From positions 1 to 45,093 of IMG/VR virus record IMGVR_UViG_3300033513_000281: a stretch of 45,093 bases of DNA; one strand, given 5' to 3'. The translations under genes and the position numbers were made by a program. Within the stretch, counting starts at the first letter, position 1, and every line of letters begins with the position of its first letter. Positions 24,940 through 34,300 of this stretch are shown one piece after another. The notes beneath the pieces are model-generated. The model was given only the letters and a program-made list of their open reading frames with translations, was not told the origin of the DNA and made no database searches. Source of the stretch: a virus. Lineage: Duplodnaviria > Caudoviricetes.

Positions 24940-25864
24940 ATGCCTAAAAAACTTCCCTTGATTCCAATGAAAACGCGGATCGCGGAGATTCGATCCGTCT
25001 ACGCGAACACGGCGGAGCGGATCGTCGCGCTTCTATCTTCATTAGACCCGGCCACTTACACGGCGGCGGAATCGGGGAACGTGCTGAGCGATATCAAGCT
25101 CATTATCGCCGGCCTGGACATGAACGTCCGTATATGGGCTCCGGGCGCGATCAGGGCGGCGTATGAGGAAAGTGCCAGTGTGGCCAGGACGCGGCTCGAG
25201 ATGATCGGAGCGAAGCTCAACAAGAGATATAACCCGGCTCGGCACGATAAGAAGATCGCCGCGTTGACCAAGACTGTCATGCGCGATTATTGGAAGGCGA
25301 ACCGCACGATCGAAAAGACGGCGCGGCAATACCTCAGCGTCATGATGCAGGCGGCGGCGGGGATCGCCAAGGTCGAGGCCCAAGTCCAGGAATTTGATTC
25401 GGCCACGGTCAAGAGCTTCATCAATCGTACGGTCGCGGGCTCATTGAGGGCGGCGACCAAATACAACGCGGGCATGGCACACCTGACGAGCAAGGATATC
25501 GCCGCGAAGATCCGGGCGAAGCTCCTGGGAAAGCTCAGCGACGAAGGATTCATCGTTGTGAATGGCAGGAACTATAACCTGAAATCCTACGCCGAGCTCG
25601 TCGCCCGGACGCGCATGAGAGAGAGCCAAACGGAGGCCGTCAAAGAGAGTATGAAGCAATTCGATGAGGACCTCGTCGAAATCCCGCGCCATGATAATCC
25701 CTGCGCGGAGATCTGCGCGGCCTATCAGGGGAAGATTTATTCCGTATCAGGAAGGACGCCAGGGTATGAATTGCTGCCGGACGGCGGCCCGCCCTGGCAT
25801 CCCTAACTGCGAGGACGTGATGAATCCTGTTTCGGAGAACGCCTTGCGCTGGAGAAACGCATGA
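24940..25864 (+). CDS. Minor head protein (MuF/phage minor capsid-like): 288 aa to stop 25806, 307 aa via +1 shift at CCC_TAA
   Basis: GR-x-Y-x-L-x-SYAELVART, C-x3-C-x3-QGKIYS, PPWHP|NC. The +1 frame ends in an ATGA overlap with the next gene. Confidence 0.8.
25801..25806 (+). other. Candidate +1 ribosomal frameshift site CCC_TAA
   Basis: Shifting CCC to CCT restores the conserved HPNC motif. A one-base sequencing error cannot be excluded. Confidence 0.55.
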
Positions 25865-26160
25865 TCTCCGCCTATTTGATCGACGATATCTCCATTAAAT
25901 ATTTAACGGCTCTGGACCAATGGCAAGAGCCGACGTGGTCGACCGTGGCCGTTAAAGCCAAAGTGGAATGGCAAGACAAGCTCATCCGCAACGCCCAGGG
26001 CGAACAGGTCGTCTCCGCCGCGCTGGTTTATCTGGCCGGGGATATCACGGCGCCGACGAACGCGGACCGGATCGTTATCGACGGCGTCGAACATGCCATC
26101 ATGCGCGTCGACAAAAAGACGGACTTTTCAACGTCTCATTATGAAGCGTGGATTCAATGA
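25861..26160 (+). CDS. Head closure/stopper protein
   Basis: D-x-W-x-EP...LIRNAQGEQVVS-x-A-x-VY...DRI-x-IDG. Neck position. Confidence 0.72.
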   Translation: MISAYLIDDISIKYLTALDQWQEPTWSTVAVKAKVEWQDKLIRNAQGEQVVSAALVYLAGDITAPTNADRIVIDGVEHAIMRVDKKTDFSTSHYEAWIQ

Positions 26161-26651
26161 GCGGGCCAATGAAAGACGGAGGATTCGAATTCGATTTCAG
26201 CGAATTCAATCGCCGTTTTTTCGAGTACGCCCTGAAGGATGCCCCGGAAGCAGCCGAGAAAGGAATGTGGGAAGCGCTCCGCGAATTAAAGGCCGATTGC
26301 GATAACGTCATTCCGAAAACGCCGCTCCTCGAGGGGAATCTACGGGGAGATCATACGTTGATCCTTGAGGGGATAACGACAAGCAAAGTTGAGGAAAAAA
26401 CGGGCGGCAAGGGCAAGGATCATGCAAAGGGCGGGAGTGGTCCAGTCGAACGCTTCGGCGCGAAAGACATCATCACCAAGCTGGTATTCCGAATGCCCTA
26501 TGCCGCGAAGTGGCATGAGGCCGTGAATCGGAAAGTGAATTGGTCGGAGGGCGGGGCGGGGGCGAAATACTGCGAATCAAAATTAATGATGTTCGCCAGG
26601 AAATATTTCAACATCGTCGCCTCCACGATCAAGGCCGCGACCGGGGGATGA
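26157..26651 (+). CDS. Neck protein (HK97 gp10-like)
   Basis: TP-x3-GNLR...PYAAKWHE...GAKY. Confidence 0.72.
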   Translation: MSGPMKDGGFEFDFSEFNRRFFEYALKDAPEAAEKGMWEALRELKADCDNVIPKTPLLEGNLRGDHTLILEGITTSKVEEKTGGKGKDHAKGGSGPVERFGAKDIITKLVFRMPYAAKWHEAVNRKVNWSEGGAGAKYCESKLMMFARKYFNIVASTIKAATGG

Positions 26652-26652
26652 C

Positions 26653-27075
26653 ATGTTAAAGGAACTTTCCACCTGGATCGTTCAGCGCGTGAACGCCGTA
26701 ACCGGACCGCCGGACCTCGTTATCGGGACCAATGTCCAGGTCGGATTCCGGGCCCAGGATGCCCCGGTCCGGTGCCATACGTTCATGGAGAGCGGCGGCG
26801 GGCTCCCGGTTTTTGAATTGGTCGATAGAATAGACTATATGGTCCAAATAACGACCCGTGCCGAAACGTATCAGACCGCGCGCGCGGATGCCTGGGCGAT
26901 ATTCGACGCCATAAACGGAACGGCGGGCTGGCAGATTGCGGCCGTCGCGCCAAGCACGCAGAAATATGAGGCGCAAGTTATCGAGGCGCTGGCCGCGCCG
27001 CAGTACATCGGAATCGAAGAACAAGGCGGATTTTCCTTTTCGACGAATTACATGTTTCGGATGATCAAGAAATGA
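26653..27075 (+). CDS. Tail terminator/completion protein
   Basis: VQITTRA-x2-Y-x2-A...PQYIG...FSTNY. Immediately before the tail tube. Confidence 0.72.
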   Translation: MLKELSTWIVQRVNAVTGPPDLVIGTNVQVGFRAQDAPVRCHTFMESGGGLPVFELVDRIDYMVQITTRAETYQTARADAWAIFDAINGTAGWQIAAVAPSTQKYEAQVIEALAAPQYIGIEEQGGFSFSTNYMFRMIKK

Positions 27076-27127
27076 ACGCTAGAAAAGGGAGTAATCCCGT
27101 TCTAAATATTTCTTTAGGAGGTGCCTA

Positions 27128-27637
27128 ATGGGCGCACTCAATATCAAGGACTTGGGACCGTGCCAGGTATTATGGAACAACATCAATCTCGGTCCCACTC
27201 TCGGCGGCGTGACGTTCAAGGAAGAACAGCATTCCGTCGACATCAAAGAAGATGGTCACGGCGACACGCCCGTCGATGCGATCACTACGGGGAAGATCAC
27301 GACGGTCGAGGCGAACTTCACCCGCTCCTCGCTCACCCAGCTCGAGCTCATGATCGAGAGCGCGACGAAGAGCGCGACCAATCTCAAGGTTGTGAACAGC
27401 GTCGGGAACGCCATGTTCGCCGCGGCCGAGGAGCTCATCCTCAAGCCGCTGGTGGACAACGTGGCCAGCGTTACGACGTCCGAATGGCTGCATGTTCACC
27501 GGACCTATCCGCTCGGAGCCCCGGAGTTCAAGTTCGACAACTCCGGCCAGCGGGTGATCAAGGTCGTGTTCAAGTGCTTCCCGGATGACCTCTCGACTCA
27601 GGTCGGAGAGATCTGGCGCATGGGCCCGGCGTCCTGA
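27128..27637 (+). CDS. Major tail tube protein
   Basis: AGGAGGT RBS. LGP-x2-V...LG-x-T-x-GGV, beta-rich, before the chaperone and tape measure. Confidence 0.8.
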   Translation: MGALNIKDLGPCQVLWNNINLGPTLGGVTFKEEQHSVDIKEDGHGDTPVDAITTGKITTVEANFTRSSLTQLELMIESATKSATNLKVVNSVGNAMFAAAEELILKPLVDNVASVTTSEWLHVHRTYPLGAPEFKFDNSGQRVIKVVFKCFPDDLSTQVGEIWRMGPAS

Positions 27638-27651
27638 TAGGACGGTGAGCC

Positions 27652-28032
27652 ATGCCGCGCTTTAGGATCGAAGAGAGTCTGTTCGATCCGCTGGTGATTG
27701 AGCTCGGGGGAAGGGTCTTCACCTCTGTCCCCCGCTCAGTCCAACTGGTGGAAACGGTACAGGCGCTCGATGGCCGCCGAAAGGCCAAAGAGATCAGCGA
27801 TACGGATTTCATGATCCAGTTCTTGGGCTTGATGTTCGATGTCAATCCCCAGGAATTCAAGGTCCTGGATAAAGCCATCATAGAGGCGATCGCCGACCGC
27901 GCTTTGGAATATGTGCATCCGGCGACCTCGAAAATTTCCCCTGCCGCTGATGAAAAGAAAATCGCGGAGGCCATCGAGGAGGCGAAGGACCCAAAAAACG
28001 AGAAGAAGCCCGAGCAGACACCCTTGACCTGA
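27652..28032 (+). CDS. Tail assembly chaperone (gpG-like)
   Basis: Between tail tube and tape measure, with a slippery heptamer near the 3' end. Confidence 0.8.
   Translation: MPRFRIEESLFDPLVIELGGRVFTSVPRSVQLVETVQALDGRRKAKEISDTDFMIQFLGLMFDVNPQEFKVLDKAIIEAIADRALEYVHPATSKISPAADEKKIAEAIEEAKDPKNEKKPEQTPLT
27993..27999 (+). other. -1 programmed frameshift slippery site A_AAA_AAC
   Basis: X_XXY_YYZ in the correct phase. The -1 frame is open to 28325. Confidence 0.85.
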
Positions 28033-28325
28033 TTTGGTCTGTCTACCCGGGCTTCTCGTACGGCGAACTTCTGAACCTGGACGTCCGGGATTTGAGTCTA
28101 TGGGCAAAGAGAGCGCAGAAGAGGACGCTGGAGAAAAAGATCCGCGAGATCCACCTTTCCCGGATGCCGTGGATGGAGGCGAAGGACCTGAATGATGAAC
28201 TCGCCATATATCAATCACAACTGGAAATGCTTAAAAGCCCGGACGAAAAGTTGGCGGAGCGGAAGATTGCCCAAGCGGTCATTGACCAGAATTGGGAAGA
28301 GATGAAACGCAAAGGCAAAGGATAA
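27999..28325 (+). CDS. Tail assembly chaperone frameshift extension (gpT-like; fused product about 224 aa)
   Basis: The -1 frame reads REEARADTLDLIWSVYPGFSYGELLNLDVRDLSLWAKRA... and ends 6 nt before the tape measure gene. Confidence 0.8.
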   Translation, partial: REEARADTLDLIWSVYPGFSYGELLNLDVRDLSLWAKRAQKRTLEKKIREIHLSRMPWMEAKDLNDELAIYQSQLEMLKSPDEKLAERKIAQAVIDQNWEEMKRKGKG

Positions 28326-28331
28326 CCTGAA

Positions 28332-31010
28332 ATGGCGTTCGACGCCGGCGCTGTAGTTGGCCGCCTCGAGATGGCGCTTGAGGGCTGGAAGAAGTCTGTC
28401 GAGACCGTAAAGAAAGACCAGCAAAGCATGGCCGGGTTTGCGATCCGGCATAAGGAGGAGATAGAAAAACTCGGGAAGACGTTCACGATTGTCGGCGGAG
28501 CGATAGTTGGGGCCTTCGGGTTGATGATCAAGGGGGGCGCAGACTACGGCGATAAGATGGACGAACTGGCGCAGCGAACCGGCGCCGGCATTGAGATCCT
28601 GACCGGGCTCGACGGCACCTTGAGGAAAAACGGGGCATCCGTTGAAGATCTCGGGTTAGGGATGAAAACCCTTTCCGGGAGAATGGTTGACGCGAACAAC
28701 GGGAATAAGGACGCCATCGCTTTATTCGATTCTCTAGGGATCAAGATCACGGATGCCAACGGAAAACTGAGATCAACGACCGATGTTCTCTTTGACGTGG
28801 CCGACCGATTCAAGGGAGCGCGGGATGGGGCTGAAAAGACGACGGCTGCGGTTGACCTCCTCGGCAAAGGGGGAATGTCTTTAATCCCGACGCTGAACCT
28901 TGGGGCAGATGGACTGAGGCGAGAAGCGGACGAAGCGCAACGGCTCGGGAAGGTATTATCGAAAGAGGCGGGGAAAGCGGCCTCTGACTTCAACGACGCC
29001 CTCCAAAACACGAAGGACGCGGTCGCCGGCGCGACAATGTCGATCGGACAATTGCTCATGCCGGCTGCTCAGAAAATCGCGGAGACAGTTAAAGACGTCG
29101 TCGTTAAATTCAAGGACTGGGTAAAAGAGAATCCGGTACTCGCCGGAGCCTTGGCGAAGGTCGCCGGGGCCGCGGGCGGACTCATGTTGGCGCTTGGACC
29201 GATCCTCATCATACTTCCGAAGTTGGCCGCGGGGTTCACTTTATTGGCGGCCCATCCTGTCGTGGCGGCGTTTATTGCACTCGGCGTGGCGGCTACCGCG
29301 GCGGCTGCCGCTATGTCAAAAATGAGTTCTGCCGGTGATCGTCAATTGGACATGGATCTTCAAATTATTGCTTCTCAAACCGCCCTCTATAAACAACTTT
29401 CCTTAGCCGCAAGGCAGTGCGGAATCACGGGCCAAGCGTGGGATGATTTAAAGGAAAAATATAAGGGCAATACTTCGGAGATGGCGGCGGCTATCCTCGC
29501 GGGCAATGAGGGCACTGAGATGCAAAAGGCCCTCAATTCCGAAATGACAAACGCCAGAAAGGTCATGGAGGAAAAGAAAGCCGCGGCTGAAAAATTGGCG
29601 GCCGCGAATAAGGATGAGCTTCTCCCCGCGCTTGGCACGGTGAAGACGGCGGCGAAAACGCTCAAGGAAGAATTCGACCTGCTCTTCCTTTCCGACCTTC
29701 GGGAAAAAATAAAAAAAACAGAAGAAGCGCTTAGATTATATAAGGGTCAGCTCTCGCCGGAATCAGAAAAGAAACTCCGCGATGAACTCGCCCAGCTCCG
29801 GGCCCAATTCCTGACCGCCGTTCCGCCGGGCCGCGATATGGGAAAAATGTTGGATGGCGTTTCCGGTCAGATGGACCGCACGGCCTATTATTCTCATGAT
29901 CTTGAGGGCGAGATCGAAAAACTGTCGGATAAGATGGGCGTCAGTATAAACACGATCCGGATAGTCGCCTATGAGATCGCCCGTCTCCAACTGGGATTCG
30001 CGGGGATTAAACTTCCGGATCTTAGAATTCCGGAAGAGCCGGTAAAAGAGAGCGTCGGAAAATTCAGCGACGAATGGGCGGGCGCGTTCTCCCATCTCTC
30101 CCAGGCTTTCGGCCAGACCTTCCAATCATTCGTCGAAACATGGTCCTGGGATAAACTCATAAACAGCAAGATCAATTTCAAGGCTTTCTTCAAGGACATC
30201 TGGGGGAACATCAAGGAAACGTTTTTTACGCTCATCGGCGACCTTGCCGCGAAATGGGTTAAGACATTTTTAGAGGAAACACTATTAAAGAAAACTGCGG
30301 AGGCAGCGGCCGGAGCCGCTAAATCCGTCATGGGCAATATCGGCGACGTCGCCGGGGCCGGCGCGAAAGCCCTTACAGGCGTGGCCACAAGCACGATCGA
30401 CACGATCTCGGGAGTAGTAACGGCGATAACCGGAGTGCTTGAACTTTTCAAAGGTCCGGAGAAACAAACCGACGTCACCTACTGGCTAAAGCTCCTAAAG
30501 GACTTGACTCAGGAAATCCACGACTCATGGCTTGAAGTTTATCGGTGGCTCCTAACGGAAGCCTGGCCGAAAATCTATACGATCTCAGACGGCATTGTCG
30601 ACGGTGTCGGCATATGGCGCGGCATCGAATCCCGGCTGTTTGAAATCCTGGACGCCATAGCGCCGTATAAAGTAATCCTCGAGGACCTAGTGAACAAGGT
30701 CCGGGACGTCTCCGGGGCCATAGCGGGCATAGGCGGAGCTCAGGCCGGGGCCGTCCTGACATCGCCCCAGCTCGTCATGACGCATGGCACGCCCTCAGCG
30801 CCGGAATATATCATCCCATCGTCCTGGGCAAACGCGGCTCCGGCGCGGAGCGTGGGCGGGGGGCCTCCACTTACGCTCCATTTCCACGGTCCATTCGTTT
30901 CAACGTCGGGGGCCATTTCAAGGTCGGATATTCAAAAGTCTGGTGAAGATATGTTTAAAGAAATTGAATTTCAGGCTAATCGCCATTCTAAGAGATTTGC
31001 CCATGCCTGA
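28332..31010 (+). CDS. Tail tape measure protein
   Basis: 892 aa, Ala/Gly-rich helical, LGI-x-ITDANGKLRS-x2-DVL motif, hydrophobic central segment, follows the G/T chaperones. Confidence 0.92.
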   Translation: MAFDAGAVVGRLEMALEGWKKSVETVKKDQQSMAGFAIRHKEEIEKLGKTFTIVGGAIVGAFGLMIKGGADYGDKMDELAQRTGAGIEILTGLDGTLRKNGASVEDLGLGMKTLSGRMVDANNGNKDAIALFDSLGIKITDANGKLRSTTDVLFDVADRFKGARDGAEKTTAAVDLLGKGGMSLIPTLNLGADGLRREADEAQRLGKVLSKEAGKAASDFNDALQNTKDAVAGATMSIGQLLMPAAQKIAETVKDVVVKFKDWVKENPVLAGALAKVAGAAGGLMLALGPILIILPKLAAGFTLLAAHPVVAAFIALGVAATAAAAAMSKMSSAGDRQLDMDLQIIASQTALYKQLSLAARQCGITGQAWDDLKEKYKGNTSEMAAAILAGNEGTEMQKALNSEMTNARKVMEEKKAAAEKLAAANKDELLPALGTVKTAAKTLKEEFDLLFLSDLREKIKKTEEALRLYKGQLSPESEKKLRDELAQLRAQFLTAVPPGRDMGKMLDGVSGQMDRTAYYSHDLEGEIEKLSDKMGVSINTIRIVAYEIARLQLGFAGIKLPDLRIPEEPVKESVGKFSDEWAGAFSHLSQAFGQTFQSFVETWSWDKLINSKINFKAFFKDIWGNIKETFFTLIGDLAAKWVKTFLEETLLKKTAEAAAGAAKSVMGNIGDVAGAGAKALTGVATSTIDTISGVVTAITGVLELFKGPEKQTDVTYWLKLLKDLTQEIHDSWLEVYRWLLTEAWPKIYTISDGIVDGVGIWRGIESRLFEILDAIAPYKVILEDLVNKVRDVSGAIAGIGGAQAGAVLTSPQLVMTHGTPSAPEYIIPSSWANAAPARSVGGGPPLTLHFHGPFVSTSGAISRSDIQKSGEDMFKEIEFQANRHSKRFAHA

Positions 31011-31380
31011 CATTAAGCTCGGATTGACAGGCGCGGAAACGACGCTCCCGAAAATCAGGTGGATGGGGAGCGCGCCGAATAACGCGATACCTCAAAATAA
31101 ACAGCTTCAGCGGGCCGTGATGTCTGACGGCTCAAAACGATTCGGCGAATTTGCGATTAAGAGGGAATGGAGCTTCGTTTGGGTTCCCGTAAGTGCGGCG
31201 GATAAGCTCACCTTCGATACGATCCATAATCTTGAGGGCGTACTTCACTTTCAAAATAATTGGGAAAGCGCCGCCTGGCATGATGTCGTCATTGTCTCAT
31301 TCGCGGCGACTCCCTTGATCGATCTATACGGCGGCGCGGATATCCGTTACATCGTAACGATGAGTCTAGAAGAGGTCTAA
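31003..31380 (+). CDS. Distal tail (Dit-like) protein
   Basis: RAVMSDG...KREWSFVW...MSLEEV. Directly after the tape measure. Confidence 0.65.
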   Translation: MPDIKLGLTGAETTLPKIRWMGSAPNNAIPQNKQLQRAVMSDGSKRFGEFAIKREWSFVWVPVSAADKLTFDTIHNLEGVLHFQNNWESAAWHDVVIVSFAATPLIDLYGGADIRYIVTMSLEEV

Positions 31381-34300
31381 TTGCAATCACTTGGGACGCT
31401 CGTTCTCGCCGATTTAACGACGCCCCTGATATCACCACTCCAAAAGCTGGAGGTTTTTTACGAAAGCCTTTGGCAGGAGCCCCATGAAATCATCGGCGAA
31501 ACTCAAACCTGCCTTATCAGCGTAAATACAAGTATGGCCGGCGCGGACCCTAAGCTGTCCGTTGTCGCCGGCTCATGGTCCGCTCGAATCCATAATCCGG
31601 AAAATATCTTTCATCCCCTCGATCCGACAAGCGCCGGCCGGCCCGATGTCTTTGTCGTTGGCACGCCGGTCCGGATCAGCCAAGGCTTGCGGCGGCGGTC
31701 GGCCGCAGTGGATACGCTTCATCGGGCGGTGGCTGCGAACATAGCCACGATCGGGACGAACGGAGCTCATGGCCTCGTGGCCGGGAACATGGTTTTCGTC
31801 AACGGCATGGCAGACCCGGCTTATAACGGGCTCCATACGGTCGTCGCCGCTATCGATGGTACGCACTTCACATTCGACCTGACGCACGCGAATGAAGCAG
31901 AGACGGTTGACGCCGGCGGGACGACGCAGAAAGTGACGGATCACTACTGGGAAGTCATGCGCGGGCTTATCTCTGAGGCGCGGTATTCGATCGGCGATCA
32001 ATCGATTGAAATCTCCGGAATGGACTATAGCCAAGTCCTGGCCGACTATAAACTGCGGCCGCTGCTGGATCTTCAATTCGGGGACTATGTCGATTTCGTC
32101 CTGGCGGCCGGGGCTGAGCTCGTCACGAATGGCGATTTCGACGTCAATACGAACGGCTGGACGACGGGGAACTGGTGCACGCTCACGAGCGTCGCCGGCG
32201 GCGTCGGCGGGGGGAATTGCTGCCAGATCGACTGGCTGGGCGACAACTACGTCCAAGGCCGGCAGCAGATCAACGGACTCACCGTAGGGCAACTCTATAC
32301 CTTTTCCGGCTACGTGAAATCCGGAACGTCCGGAAATGAATGGTTCCGGCTGAATGTCGGCGTGATCCCCGGCGCTAGTAATTATGCCCGCATAGAGGAT
32401 CAGACGACTGGGGCCTGGGTTCAATGGTCGATCGACTTTGTCGCCCAGGATACGACTGTCCATGTCTCATTCGAAAAAATGAGCTCAATTCCCGGCAATA
32501 TGCTGTTTGATAAAATCTCGCTCAAGGCCGGGGTGCAGCGGAGTTATTTTGTCGGAAGCGCGGCTACGGGCGCATGGCTACTGCGGCAAGACCTGGGCGG
32601 CGGCGTTTGGGGCGACTTCTATGAGAATGAGGATTGGACCTTCGATAATGCCACGGGGATCCTGACCTTTGCCCCGGATTGGACGCTGCCGGCGGCGGGG
32701 ACGGCCTTCCGCCTTTACTTCTATGAGGCTTATGCCCCCGAAGAAATCCTGTTCACGCTCTTGTATAATGCCGGGCTTTACGCGAGCTACGCGGCGGCGG
32801 AAGCGGACGCCATTTACACGCCAACAGGAATCGTGATCGAGCGGCCCGCGTTCGCCGATGGCACGACGGGGCTTGAGGCGGTCCGGCTGCTGGCGGAGCG
32901 GGCGGATTATATTTTCTATTTCCAATACGATGGACGGCCCGTATTCATCCCGAAGCCTGCGATCAAAGCGCCTGGGGCTGAGGACTTGGCGCTACTCAAA
33001 AATCAGGTTGCCAAGCCCGAGCACGCGAAAAACGATCTCGAATTTTACAACCGCATAAAGATCACCGGCGAAACTCAATCCCATCCCGTCTCTATCGGGG
33101 AAATGGAATCGGCTCCGATCGTCTCCTCAGCGAGTCATGGAAACTCAATCGCTTCCTTCGGGGAAAAGAATCTCGATATCTCAAACACGCTTTGGCAGTC
33201 CCAGGCGGACGCGGATGCGAGTGTGCTGGCGAAACTCGCGGACCTGAAAGACCCTAAGGATTATTTGAGGCTGGATCTTGCCTTTTGTCCCATTCCGGTT
33301 GAATGGGGCGACACGGTAAAGGTTGAGGTCCGGCTAAGCTCCGGGCTTGACGTGGATACCTATGGGCTTGTCCGGGATATCAAGGTCAGCGATTTCGTGC
33401 AGACCGTAACCTTGGAGCTCAATCCCCTGACCGTCATCGCCGGCCCCATCACCCTGGACCTGGATTTGAATCCCGGTACGCGAACAAAGCGGACCGGGCT
33501 CTATACGGGGGACATCGGGGGTGTAGAGGGCGGAAGCGGAGAGGCCGGATCGATGATCCGGACTTTTCTTGACCTGACCGATACCCCGGCGACATATGCG
33601 GGCCAGGGGGCAAAGCGGCTCCAGGTGAACGTCACCGAATCGGGCATTGAATTTACAAATTACGCTCAGATCATCACCGTCGCTAAAAGCGGCGGGGAAT
33701 ATACGACGGTCCAGGCCGCCATCAATTCCATTTTGGATGCCACGAGCGCAAAGCGCTATTTGGTCCGCGTCATGCCCGGGACCTGGGCGGAACAGATAAC
33801 TATGAAATCCTGGGTTGACGTGCGCGGGGCCGGGAAGCACGCAACGCGGCTGGATTTCGCAGCGGACGCCGGGACCGTCATCCTGGCCGACTATTGTCAG
33901 ATCGAGGACGTCATTATCGAGGGCCAGGCGGCGGCTACCAACTGGGCGATCGTCGGAACGAATGTCTCTAACTGGCACATCAGGAATGTTGATATCCTAA
34001 ATCCTTTGGGTTCCACAAACCGGAGTCAAGGAATCAAGGCTACGGGAAATACCTGGTCGACCGGCTTTATCGAGCACTGCGTCATTAATCTATATACCCA
34101 GACCGGCTACGGCCTTTACATAACGGGCAATGCCGCGGCTCCCCAACTTTGCGATCTGACGATTAACGATATCAACCTCGATACTTTCGCGGCCACTTCG
34201 GGCGGCGGCGTTTATTTCAGCGCCGTGGACGATGTTCAGATTCGGAACTCATCGCTCCGTACTTCGGCGGCGGGATTCGATATTTCCGTCAACGGGAATT

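Noticed and set aside
27080-27104. Small hairpin with GTAA loop before the tail tube gene
   Set aside because: The stem is short and interrupted with no U-tract, which is insufficient for a call.
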